A stretch of 64,000 nucleotides of DNA, taken from Epithemia pelagica (lineage: Eukaryota; Protista; Bacillariophyta). Below, piece by piece: positions 44,783 to 55,250 of this stretch (its first letter is position 1; each line of letters opens with the position of its first letter). The DNA lies in contig OX337237.1 in NCBI GenBank assembly GCA_946965045.2, forward strand, positions 1,426,001 to 1,490,000, in the 5' to 3' direction. Below the pieces are notes generated by a model. The model searched no databases. It was not told the origin of the DNA and saw only the letters and a program-made list of their open reading frames with translations. The translations under genes were made by a program, and so were the position numbers.

Positions 44783-47089
44783 GTGTCTACAACTCAACGC
44801 AACAACAACAATAGAATTCTTTTCGCAATAAGGAGTTATGGAGGCTCTACCAACAACGAGGGGGGAGAGGTTGGAGGGGACAATGACGGAACCCGCCCAG
44901 CTAAAAAGAACCGAAAAGTGACCATAAGGAAGACACGCCAAATCTTGAAAGCTAGCTTTCCGAATCCACCAGAGGACAGCAAAACACTTGGTAACTACTT
45001 GGAAGACACTTGGTTCAAGACAAATATGTCACAAGAAGAAAAAGACTATGTTCGAAGTCAATCGATCAAAATCTTGAGAATACTTTCTAACTTGTCAAGT
45101 GTTCAAGACTATTTGAAGATTAACTTGGCACACTTTTTGAGAACAGGAAAAGTAATTCCTATGGATTCTTCCCCCAATGAATCCCAGAGAGTGGCCTTGA
45201 TCGACTTTGACATCAAAAACAACGCTATGTTTTACAAACGAGACTTCAATGCATTCAATGCTCGAGTGGAAGAACTTTTCAAATGGAACGACTCCGCAAA
45301 AGACGAGTACATGGCTCCGTATTTTCCGCTCATCCAATCGAGTGGAACTGGCAAGACCAAATTACTTCACGAATGCAAGAAGATGTTTAACAGTGACAAT
45401 CAAAGCGACGTTCACTGCGAACTTATTCTGTGCCATTATGGCCAAGGTGCAAATTCATGGGGCAGTGACATTTTCTCCCAGACGCTGGACGTCAAATCAA
45501 TTGGAACAACCAAAGATGACCAAGAAAGGCTGTGGAAGAAGTTGGATGGTTTTGTGAAGAAGGCAAGAACGAAAAAGGTCGTACTGCTATTTGACGAGTC
45601 CCAACACCTCATCAACAATGGTGATGGGTTTTATTTTCGAAGCATACGATGGTGGCTTCGAAAAGAACGAAATGAACATAACATTGTTGGCGTATTTGCG
45701 GGGACAAGCACGAGTTTGGCAAACTACTTTACGGAACCACCGCAGAATTCATACTACTCAAGAGATGCAAGAGCAACATACAACTCGGGCCAAAGATTGT
45801 ATGCTCCATTTTTCGAAATCACAACGAATGGACTTGTTTCAATAACCAATGGTTCCGAATTCGATAAAAAATCTTCTACAGAGTTTGATGTTGCAGTCCA
45901 ATATGGGCGCCCGTTGTTCGCTCGGATGCATCTAAAGGGTGATCTGAAAGATGCGTTGAACGCAATTTTACTTAGGATGAAAGGTGGGAGCTACAAGATT
46001 GAGTTGGAGAACGTGAGCTCTTGTTTTTCAATTTTGGCAACGCGTCTGCAAATGGGCCAAGTTTCATTTGATCTTGCGTCAAAACAAGTGGCTTCGGGGT
46101 ATGCCCATCTCACTCATTTTGACCCGGAACAACCAACAGTCGCAGATATTGCGTACCTGCCGGATCCGGTATGCGCATGGCTTGCCATGTCCCAAATGAT
46201 TGAGAAGTGCATGTCCTTTGGCGGCTTTTCTCAACCTCCTTCTTTCTGGTCCGAATTTGCCATCAAGATGTATACGTCTGCATTGTGTCGTGCTGAAAAG
46301 GGAGATGTTGGTGAAGTCGCTGCTGCCTTTTACATGCTGGCTTGTGGAGACGAGTTGCGCTGGGAAAAATCACAAAATCTCTTGCATCTCTCTGTTCCAC
46401 TTGAGAAATTTATCAAAAGACTACAAGGCAACGATGATGGTTCATCTAGCGTTGATAGCACTGGAGAAGCAAGCGTCAATTTTATCCAAGTGTGTCGTAA
46501 TTATTTGCGTTACAGCCTGAAAGAACTGCAGGAGAGTGGCCTATTGGAGCACTGGTATCGAGGTGCAAGGGCATCCTATGCGTATGCCTCTTGCCCGGCT
46601 TACGACCTGGTGATACCTGTGCGATACAAACACAATAATCATGATCACTATTGTCCCATGCTAGTGAGTGTCAAGAATCGACTGTCGTACACTCCCGGGC
46701 AACGCCAGAGTGCAGTCAGCGCCATGAAAGAGGTGTTTAAGGGCGCTGGCATCAAAACTGGGTTGTGTATTCTCTTACTGATTGGCCTTGAGGATCCATT
46801 GCAAAACACCTTACCTGATATGAATTTTTCGCACAATGCAATTTCGACATTGATAATCGAAGTGCCAGCCGATGACCGTTTTGGAGCGACCAAGCTTGCT
46901 GTATGTTCCACTTGTGGAGGAGGGGAAAAGTCGGAGGTAATGGCATCTCATTCAGAGGTTGCATTGGGAAGTGGGAACAGGTTCGGACGGTTGCTACGAA
47001 GCAAGACAACGAAAAAGATGCCATCGTCAAAGTTCTTGCAAGAGATAGCGAAGGGCTTCGAGGACGCCTTGCGAGAAAGTGATATCTAA
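44783..47089 (+). CDS. P-loop NTPase fused to a PD-(D/E)XK-like nuclease (Crinkler-associated NTPase-REase type)
   Basis: Intronless 768-aa ORF. Walker A variant 'LIQSSGTGKT', Walker B 'VVLLFDE', 'YGRPLF'; C-terminal 'KGDVGEVAA', 'CPAYDLVIPV', 'MLVSVKN'. Family call is by motif recall. Confidence 0.72.
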   Translation: MSTTQRNNNNRILFAIRSYGGSTNNEGGEVGGDNDGTRPAKKNRKVTIRKTRQILKASFPNPPEDSKTLGNYLEDTWFKTNMSQEEKDYVRSQSIKILRILSNLSSVQDYLKINLAHFLRTGKVIPMDSSPNESQRVALIDFDIKNNAMFYKRDFNAFNARVEELFKWNDSAKDEYMAPYFPLIQSSGTGKTKLLHECKKMFNSDNQSDVHCELILCHYGQGANSWGSDIFSQTLDVKSIGTTKDDQERLWKKLDGFVKKARTKKVVLLFDESQHLINNGDGFYFRSIRWWLRKERNEHNIVGVFAGTSTSLANYFTEPPQNSYYSRDARATYNSGQRLYAPFFEITTNGLVSITNGSEFDKKSSTEFDVAVQYGRPLFARMHLKGDLKDALNAILLRMKGGSYKIELENVSSCFSILATRLQMGQVSFDLASKQVASGYAHLTHFDPEQPTVADIAYLPDPVCAWLAMSQMIEKCMSFGGFSQPPSFWSEFAIKMYTSALCRAEKGDVGEVAAAFYMLACGDELRWEKSQNLLHLSVPLEKFIKRLQGNDDGSSSVDSTGEASVNFIQVCRNYLRYSLKELQESGLLEHWYRGARASYAYASCPAYDLVIPVRYKHNNHDHYCPMLVSVKNRLSYTPGQRQSAVSAMKEVFKGAGIKTGLCILLLIGLEDPLQNTLPDMNFSHNAISTLIIEVPADDRFGATKLAVCSTCGGGEKSEVMASHSEVALGSGNRFGRLLRSKTTKKMPSSKFLQEIAKGFEDALRESDI

Positions 47090-47152
47090 ATACTCTCCTA
47101 TTGTAGTATATAAGAAGAAGAACAGAGCATATCACCTCGCCATTTCTACTAT

Positions 47153-48439
47153 TTGCATAAAGCGTTGGTCGTTAGCCAATTTGAAACTTTTCTTGCCGGC
47201 GCCCCCTACGGCACCCCTCGGTATTGGGATTCTCCTATCGATCCAAGTTGCAGCAACCAGATCAAGTTGGACCGCAAGAATGGGTCGATGCGTCAGGAAT
47301 ATCAGTACAAGACGCTTTCCGTATCCACCTCGTTGCTCGTAGCGTCGCAGCATCAGCAGCATTTGTCCTCTGTTTCGGCAGTCTATTACGATCCAAACAA
47401 GAATCACGACCATAACCAGCCAGTATCCACCACCTTGGATTCGTCGCATGCTCATCGACCGGTGCATTCTACAACCTTGGCGGAAACCATGGGATTGACC
47501 GAGAATGATGATGATGACAATAATGATGATGACAATAATGATGAGTATAATACGGAGGACGACACACCAAAGATTTTGCCCAGAAAAAGAAGGCTCCCAT
47601 TGTCATTTTGGGTTGTGGGATTTCCTGATTGGGTACGGAATCGGCCGCGCACGAACCCCCTCTTGGATAAGGACGACACGACGAACGGTGATTCAAGTCG
47701 ATTGCAGTCCGCACATTGTGCAACTGTGGAGTATTTCGCAAGACAATTCCATTCACGCTGTACTCGACAAGGGATTGATGGATCCCTTGTCTCGTACCTA
47801 TGCCCATCACACGATGGACGATCGAAACAGGTCCAAGATATTTTTCGAGCCGTCCATTGCGTCTAGAAACCCAATGGGTATTATTGTGTCTGGTCCCTGC
47901 CGCAACCCGAATTCTTGTTACCCTTGTTGGAACAAGAAAACCTCATTCAACCCACTTCCGACCATGAGGATGATACCGACAATGACTGGAACGCAACGGG
48001 GGAGTTGTCCCAGGAGGAGGATCCTCGTCGTTCCATGTTTTCTCCACAATATCTGGATCGTCCATCCATGCCCTCGCCACCACCCTTGTCCATACAACAA
48101 CAACAACAACAACAAGAACGACTCCAAAACACGTATCGCAATTATCAACCCTTGGCATCCCTGTCATTATCCTCGTCATCCACCCATTCTACCACGATTC
48201 CGACGCGCACGCCTCGCAATCCCATGACAGGCAAACCCTACTTGTGGCAACGCTTGGACATTCGCCATGATATTACCAATCAATTCCTCTTGTATCGGTT
48301 TCAAAAGGCGGCTGCCAGTGATCCCTTTTCGACGACGACACGTCGCGGAGGTGGTGGTGGTGCACAACCACCCTCCTCCCGCTTGCCACGCCATTCGGCT
48401 CACAACAAGAACAACCATCGACAACGACGACGAGCTTGA
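47153..48439 (+). pseudogene. Class I SAM methyltransferase pseudogene (METTL13/EEF1AKMT4-like)
   Basis: Motifs lie in three frames: 'PYGTPRYWD' (47153 frame), 'IVILGCGIS*LG' with TGA at 47626-47628, and 'VDCSPHIVQ...HAVLDKGLMD' (47505 frame). Confidence 0.75.
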
Positions 48440-49025
48440 GAAAAAACACCAACAACAACACTGTCAATCCAAGATGGTGAACATGACTCTTGGGTGCGTG
48501 CGTGTGGTGCTCAAGCTGGAACCAGTGTTTCTCGCGAAACACAGAGCTTGCGCGCGCGCAATCAAAAAGGCCGCTATGGATTACCCCCAAGTAGGGGTGA
48601 GTGGTCGCATGTGTGTCGTGCTTTTGGTGTGAAAACTCTTACTCACCCCCAAGGCGCGACCTCTGCGCTCCCAGTACTGACACAAACCTCCAAACCACCA
48701 ACTGCATTCATCGCGGCAATGGAGATATGGAGCCGTGCTTAGGGATCCTACAATGTCTTCTTCGTCGCACAAACGCCGTCGCATCTCCCAGAAATCCATT
48801 AGGAAGCTACATGCTTCCCGTGGCATGGCCATTCCTCCTGCATCCGAAGCAAAACAAGAATCAAGTGATCCTATCGCCGACATTGCATCTCACCTTTCTT
48901 ATTGTCACGTGTTGCATTGAATGGATCAATGGACATTGAAACCACTCACCAAACATTGGACTTCTCTACAGATCACTTAAGCTTGTCGACCTGCATAACG
49001 CATGGCCGAACAGCCATTAGTCTCA

Positions 49026-50077
49026 TCATGCCACAGTAGGAGCATTTACTTGTCCTTTCAATTGACACAACTGACAAATGTTATGATACGAGACATTTCT
49101 ACTCATAAACATTGCTAATTTGATTTTGTTGAGACCCTTCTTGCTATTCCTGTCGTCATCCATCCACTCCATTTTCATTTCTTCGCTTACATGAAACATG
49201 TCCAAATCATCGTCCATAAAGCTGCACACGGAGGCTCCCAAATCAGAGCTAGCAAAAGCCGAGAAAAGCGCCCAGACGGTGGGAAACGACGTGAAGGTTC
49301 CAGCATCTCGTCCCATAGGACCACAAATGGCAGTTTCCCAATCACAGAGAATCACATTTCCACTCGGTCCAAACACATTTCGTAGTCATTTTCAGTAGTT
49401 TTACATTTTGTTTCGACCAAAATGTTAAACGGATGGCTGTCTCTATGACAGAGTGACTCTCTCACTTCCATGATCTGATGAGAATATCTGTCTACCACAT
49501 TGTCAATGGTTCATTGTCCCACTTCCTTGAGTAAGTTCATCAAGGCATCACAGTCTTCGTCCAGAGACATGGTGGGTTTGGTGAAATGAAGTTTTACCAT
49601 GGAACAGACAGACAAAAGGGCGCTTCGCCCACTGTCGTTCCATTCTTGGTCCACTCCGGTAAGATTGAGAATGGCAAAAGCCTCGGCCGCCTTGTGCACA
49701 ATTCTCTCACCTACTTCCGCATCGATAAACTGACTGGCCCATTGTTCTTCCATGTTGGTTGCCCAGCACTTGGCAAACATGAACTTAGCATCATCCTCCA
49801 CATCCAAGACACAGAACAAGTAGGACGAGACAACTGGAAACGGAGCGGCGTCTGCTTCGTAGCCAATTTGATCGAGCTTTTGTAGGGTTTTGTATTCACT
49901 CAGGGCACGTTCGATGTCAAACTCAAAGTTGTGATCCTTATCCCAAATGGTGTGTGGGAGATACAGCTTGGTACAAATGACAAGGTCGTCTACTGCATCC
50001 TCATCCTGTTCCTCTCCTTCGTTAGTACTATCAGTCTTCGAACCAAACACTTTGTACTGGGGAAGGGTGGTGGTACT
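49026..50077 (-). pseudogene. APH/methylthioribose-kinase-like phosphotransferase pseudogene, 3' part (5' part at 56263-56585)
   Basis: 'ICTKLYLPHTIW...ERALSEY', a stop at 49511, then 'LCHRDSHPFNILVE', then a frameshift to 'FGPSGNVILCDWETAICGPMGRDAG'. Interrupted by the CoDi insertion. Confidence 0.7.
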
Positions 50078-50300
50078 TGTTGAAACTCAAATAAACCGTG
50101 CCGTAAAAGCAACTCTTTATAGGCTTATTGATCTACGTAAACTCCATTGAATGAGCTCTTGCTCAGTTTCGTTGTCATAGCGTTGCTTTTGCCACGTCGC
50201 CTAACCACAGTCCAAAGATTCGCATCTTGTCCTTCTTCCTTGTCCTGTTTGGTCGCGCCTTGGTCCTCCATGACTACCGGTTGCTCGTCTATCCTCAACA
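50078..50300 (-). repeat. 3' LTR of the CoDi element
   Basis: Direct repeat of 56040-56262. Confidence 0.97.
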
Positions 50301-53300
50301 CACTCCTTTGTGCTGAGGAATGGTATTTACTATCCGGAAGCACATTCATGATGATATCGCGCAACTTGTAGAACATTTGACCCTGAAGGGGCTTCGTGAA
50401 AAAATCGGCTATCATATCCTCGGTGGGACAATACTTGACTGACAACTCTTTTCTCCGAATACAGTCTGTGATATAGAAATATCTGAGGTTGATATGTTTG
50501 GTCCGCTTTGTACTTGACAAGCGTCCATTCTTGGCGAGCAGGATACTGCTCTGATTGTCCTGATGTAGGACAACATCTTGGACTGCATGTCCTTGAGCTT
50601 GAATAAAATTCTTTGTCCAAATAATGGACGGGAGGACGTCATGAATCCCAATCAATTCACATTCCGTGGAACTACGCGCCACTAACTTTTGTTTGGATGA
50701 CGCTGTAACCACTGCTCCTCGACCCAGGGTCATATATCCACCTGTTTGCCCTTTGAAATCTGGGTGAACTGCATAGGACGCATCAACCCACCAGTGGATA
50801 GGAAAGTCCTTTGTACCCTCCAAACGGAGAACCAAGTCCTTGGTCGATTGCAGGTATTTCAACACTCGGCCCAGTTTGCGACGATCGTCTTCATCTGGTG
50901 CCATAACTCGAGTACTCAAGAAAGCCACCGCAGTCCGAATATCAGGCCTTCCACGCTGTGCCATATAGGCCAATTGCATTGTGATACTGTGGAATTCGTC
51001 GGCGGCTGTTGAATCCAAAGCTTTCGCTTTGGGATTAATGTGATACAAATGTTTGGCAGCGGGACTTCTGGCTTTTCCAATGAAACACTTGGGTAAATCC
51101 GTCAGAACAGTCTCCAGATAGGATCGCATGTCCACTTGTACGACCCCATCGTCTCCGTAATCCAAAAACATTCCCAAATAATCGTGGCGGATTCCCTCTG
51201 ATACGGATATCTCCCCCAATTGGCCGAACTCGGCCTTGAGGTCCTTGACGAACTGTTGAACGACCTCGGCATCAACATGCGAAATCTTCAAGTCGTCTAT
51301 GTGCCAAGTGACGGTTAATTGTTTGTTGTTTACTTGTTTGTTTGCGACGCACGAGTCATATGGATTCATTATGAACCCCCAACTTTTCAAGACTGCAGAC
51401 AATTTCTCCCAGAACAAACGCGCCGCCCTCAGTGTTCCATAGAGTGCCTTAAGCATCTCTACATAGATAACGGGTTGCCCTTTCTCATATGTCACGTAGG
51501 GTTTGTACATGTCATAGTCGACTTCCAGCAACAGTTCCGCCATGAGACCATCCAGACGCATATAGACGTCGGGGTCCATGTCGGAATGCATGAATGCCCC
51601 TGGAATATCTGCAACAATCACCACTCGGCGTTCTAAAGCATCAATAACTGCGGTGATGAAAACAGCTTCGGTTGCAACTGTCGGTGAGGCTGACTGGCTC
51701 TTTTCAATGTATGACCTTTGTTTCCGGCCATCAGCACATCCTCTCCCCTTGATCTTGCCACAACGCTTCCGCTTAAGGAACATCAAATATCCTAATGCTT
51801 GTTGGATCTGCTCCCATGAGAGGTCTGATTTGTGCACGGCCTTTAATACGCCACGATCGTGTAATTGTTGTATCTCAATTTTCACTGCGGCAACTCCTTT
51901 GTCACCGAATAGCTTAATGCCTTTCTTCATTGACATCTGAGGAGTCGCCAGATTGGTTTCAGACGCAACAAGATACAAAATGCCTTCACGCAAATACCCA
52001 TCGTATCGTCCGCTTGCCAATCTATCGACGCATGCAAACGAATGGCCATATCGGTAGGCGTAACTGCGTGCCCTGTTCGGCCGCAGATTGTAGCGTTGTT
52101 GTTGAGCTGGTGCTTCGTCTGCAACAGGCTCTATTGCTGGCTCTTGAGCTGGTGCTTCGTCTGCAACATGCTCTGGCTCTGGCTCCAAGATCAATGGCTC
52201 AACTTGATTGGGATCCACCACAGCTTGATTGCCCTCATCGTCATCAATGTCTTCCTCTTCCATATCATCTCCACCGGCTAGCTCCCCTCCATCCTGTTCA
52301 TCTCCATTAGATCCATCCTCCGCATCCATATCAGCCACGTGATCACCATCATCATCCATCGGATTAGGTAGACCGACTTCTACCCCCACTCCTTGGATTT
52401 CCACTCCTTGGTTTTGCTGATGGTCCATCCCTGGGTTGATTACTGGGTCATCAGCTGGTGGCTCTGCCACTAATTCGTCGTCGTCTTGTACATCTGCGTT
52501 CTCGAGTTCCTCGTCAACGATGTCATCGTCGTAGCGGAGGTCTTCATCCTCATCGTCGATGTCATGATGATAAGAAGCATCGTCATCCTCATTTATGAGA
52601 ATGTTCTCGTCATCTAGCCACAGTACACGATTATCCCGGTTTCCAAAAGCGAGTCCCGGCTGCATTTGTTGTGCTGCAGCTAGATCAGAAACTCGTTGGA
52701 TCACCTCTTGGGGCATTGGAAGGGGCGTGGCGTGGTTCCGAGTAATGACGCGACCGCTTGCGAGACTAAGGAAGTAATAACTACCTTGTCGATTTCCCGT
52801 AGGTCTCAAAGCTAGAGCACCAACGGTTCGGGGTGCCATCGAGTTGTCGTGCTCCTCATGGCACTGGACATATTCGCCAAACTCGAAGCGGCAATGTTTA
52901 GCATAGTCAATGTTTTCGCCAGTAACCAGCAGTCGCGGACTCTCGGTTGTTGAAATGCCGAGGCGATGTGGGAAGCTGTTTAGCCAAAAGACTGCAAATT
53001 TCGCGAGCTCAATGATCATAATTTTGGGTAGGGTGATGAATGGCAGTGTATTGAAAACACATCGCATTCGTTCTTTAACTGTGCGAATGTATCGCTCCAC
53101 ATCTCCCACATGTTCGTCACGAGCTGTCGAGTTGATTGTTATGCCAAGAAGTTGCATCTTGGTTCTCATTTCATCGCTCGTAAATGCTCCATCAGCAAGG
53201 ATCATTCTCGGTCTAAGACCCCCCCTTCGATAAAGAGCAATGATTTTGCGCAAGGAGAGGATGATCTTGTCGTCAGTGGTGCTTGCCAGTGCGTCGATTG

Positions 53301-55245
53301 TGCCAAAGTGAATCTTTCTGGAAGTTGTGACCAGAAATGGGACTCCGTTAACATGCAACACATCAATGGTTAAGGTGATGTCCTTGTGTTGTTCCTCAAT
53401 CCGAGGAGGAACAATGAATGCGGTGTCCACAAAAGGGGATTTCTTTCGCGTTGTTTTTCCTTTCAAGCTGCCAAGATCTGGCCCGTAGATCTTCTCGGCT
53501 CTTCTTACATCATCTGCATTGATAGTGACGTTTGGAAGCAAATTGTTCTTGAGGATGTGGATGTAATCCTTTGTGGATGGCCGTCCTATCTTAGATAAAA
53601 TGGTACGTGCCAACTTGGCCCTATTGACTTCATCTTGAGAGTATCCTTCTTCGTTTTCACTAACGGTAGTTATGAAACTACTCTGAAGTTGCGAAGTGTC
53701 GAGATAAAATAGACCATCATTGCTCGGATTAAATCGGTGTTTGAGACGTCCCGTGGCCCGGTCATGCAGGGTGAATGAATTGCCATGATCGCTGTCATAC
53801 TTGATGTGAAAACGAACTTGTGCGCGAGTGAGTGAGATGATATTGGCTGGCCCATCAGGGTCATGCCACACTATGCCGTATCCTGGTAATAGACCCTTCA
53901 TGGTGAGTTGTCGGCGTCCGGCGTGGCTTTGGACTGTGATAGGCTCTTCGGCCGTATGGATGTTTTTTAAGAGTGACTTGTCTTGGATGATATCTACTGT
54001 GGACTGATTGTCCAGCAGTAACCAATGGTCGGGTATGCTAGCCTGGGATCGAGAGGAAAAAACAAAACAAGGTGAGGATTCGGATTGGTCAGTAACACAA
54101 GAATCAACACAGTGCTCAGTCTGATGGAATTCGGTACCTTGACTGGCACCTTGGTGGGTATTGGACCGGTTTTGGGATGATGTTGTGGCATTGGTTTGTT
54201 CTGTTAAGGACGAGGCAGCTTGGCTGGCATCGGCTGTCATGTATGCAACACCGGTTGTCGAGTCAGACGGGGCCACTGACTGGTTGTTTTGTTTGTGTTT
54301 GTTGCTCATTCTGTTATCCAGGATGGCCCGCGCATTGGCAAGCGTCTTGGGATACAGATTATGTCCATCTAAGAACAGGTTCTGTAGATGAGCCTCATAA
54401 TCGCGCTGTCCACAGGTACGTATGAAACGGATCGCCAAGCACCTTTCTTGTGCATCTGCATGATCCGTGGGGGATGGCGGGGATCGTTTGTTTGCTGCTG
54501 CTACTTGATTCAGAATGTCTTTGTCATATAAGACAATCCCTGCTTCTTCAAGCACCTTCGCTTTCGCCCGAAAAACCTCATAGTAACTGTGTAAACTCTG
54601 ATTGTTCTTACGCTTGAGCGCGTAAAATTCCTCCTTAAGCTTGTCACGCCCGACCAAGTTGTAGATTCGGCCGGAATCGAAGGTGAATGTGACTTGCTTG
54701 ATTAATTTAAGCAATTCGACTCCATCCCGTTTCTCTTTCAACTTGAGGAACTCGGGCTTGGCTTGCAGTTTATCTTTCATGAGGGGCGTACATTGTCCCA
54801 AAATAAGACTAAAGAGGGCAGCCCGAAAGTTTTTGTAGTCTCTGACTTGATCTTGTCGCGCCTTGTAGCGCATTTTCCATTCTTCTACCTCTATCGGATC
54901 GGAGTCATCTTTAGGACGAGTGGCTTCTTCGGGATCTTTAAGTTCCAGTGTCTCAATGGCCTGCTGGAACTCCATGTTATGACGGTCAAAGTTGGTACCA
55001 ACATAGCCAACTAACCATTCCACGTTTCGTAGGTAACGTTTGGATTGGGGGTCTTCAGTATAATCGAAAATGCACTCTTTCAAAGATGGCTCTTGACCTT
55101 GAAACCTCGACGAGTTGGATTGTTGGGAGGATTGCCATCCTCTGCCTCTTCCACCTCTTCCACCACGACCACCTTGTCTTTGCCCACTCGATGCCCTAGA
55201 ACCAGTTTCGTCTGGCCGTGGGGTTGTGGATCCTTGTTGCGACAT
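50125..55245 (-). CDS. CoDi gag-pol polyprotein
   Basis: First true ATG is 55245 (55272 is TTG). PR 'WLLLDNQSTVD'; IN 'TIDVLHV...ADGAF...EHVGDVERYIRTVKER'; RT 'KIKGRGCADG', 'ADIPGAFM', 'KALYGTLRAARLFW', 'WHIDD'; RH 'WVDAS', 'STECE', 'QDNQS', 'ADFFTKPLQG'. Confidence 0.96.
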   Translation of the reverse strand: MSQQGSTTPRPDETGSRASSGQRQGGRGGRGGRGRGWQSSQQSNSSRFQGQEPSLKECIFDYTEDPQSKRYLRNVEWLVGYVGTNFDRHNMEFQQAIETLELKDPEEATRPKDDSDPIEVEEWKMRYKARQDQVRDYKNFRAALFSLILGQCTPLMKDKLQAKPEFLKLKEKRDGVELLKLIKQVTFTFDSGRIYNLVGRDKLKEEFYALKRKNNQSLHSYYEVFRAKAKVLEEAGIVLYDKDILNQVAAANKRSPPSPTDHADAQERCLAIRFIRTCGQRDYEAHLQNLFLDGHNLYPKTLANARAILDNRMSNKHKQNNQSVAPSDSTTGVAYMTADASQAASSLTEQTNATTSSQNRSNTHQGASQGTEFHQTEHCVDSCVTDQSESSPCFVFSSRSQASIPDHWLLLDNQSTVDIIQDKSLLKNIHTAEEPITVQSHAGRRQLTMKGLLPGYGIVWHDPDGPANIISLTRAQVRFHIKYDSDHGNSFTLHDRATGRLKHRFNPSNDGLFYLDTSQLQSSFITTVSENEEGYSQDEVNRAKLARTILSKIGRPSTKDYIHILKNNLLPNVTINADDVRRAEKIYGPDLGSLKGKTTRKKSPFVDTAFIVPPRIEEQHKDITLTIDVLHVNGVPFLVTTSRKIHFGTIDALASTTDDKIILSLRKIIALYRRGGLRPRMILADGAFTSDEMRTKMQLLGITINSTARDEHVGDVERYIRTVKERMRCVFNTLPFITLPKIMIIELAKFAVFWLNSFPHRLGISTTESPRLLVTGENIDYAKHCRFEFGEYVQCHEEHDNSMAPRTVGALALRPTGNRQGSYYFLSLASGRVITRNHATPLPMPQEVIQRVSDLAAAQQMQPGLAFGNRDNRVLWLDDENILINEDDDASYHHDIDDEDEDLRYDDDIVDEELENADVQDDDELVAEPPADDPVINPGMDHQQNQGVEIQGVGVEVGLPNPMDDDGDHVADMDAEDGSNGDEQDGGELAGGDDMEEEDIDDDEGNQAVVDPNQVEPLILEPEPEHVADEAPAQEPAIEPVADEAPAQQQRYNLRPNRARSYAYRYGHSFACVDRLASGRYDGYLREGILYLVASETNLATPQMSMKKGIKLFGDKGVAAVKIEIQQLHDRGVLKAVHKSDLSWEQIQQALGYLMFLKRKRCGKIKGRGCADGRKQRSYIEKSQSASPTVATEAVFITAVIDALERRVVIVADIPGAFMHSDMDPDVYMRLDGLMAELLLEVDYDMYKPYVTYEKGQPVIYVEMLKALYGTLRAARLFWEKLSAVLKSWGFIMNPYDSCVANKQVNNKQLTVTWHIDDLKISHVDAEVVQQFVKDLKAEFGQLGEISVSEGIRHDYLGMFLDYGDDGVVQVDMRSYLETVLTDLPKCFIGKARSPAAKHLYHINPKAKALDSTAADEFHSITMQLAYMAQRGRPDIRTAVAFLSTRVMAPDEDDRRKLGRVLKYLQSTKDLVLRLEGTKDFPIHWWVDASYAVHPDFKGQTGGYMTLGRGAVVTASSKQKLVARSSTECELIGIHDVLPSIIWTKNFIQAQGHAVQDVVLHQDNQSSILLAKNGRLSSTKRTKHINLRYFYITDCIRRKELSVKYCPTEDMIADFFTKPLQGQMFYKLRDIIMNVLPDSKYHSSAQRSVLRIDEQPVVMEDQGATKQDKEEGQDANLWTVVRRRGKSNAMTTKLSKSSFNGVYVDQ

Positions 55246-55250
55246 GGTGG

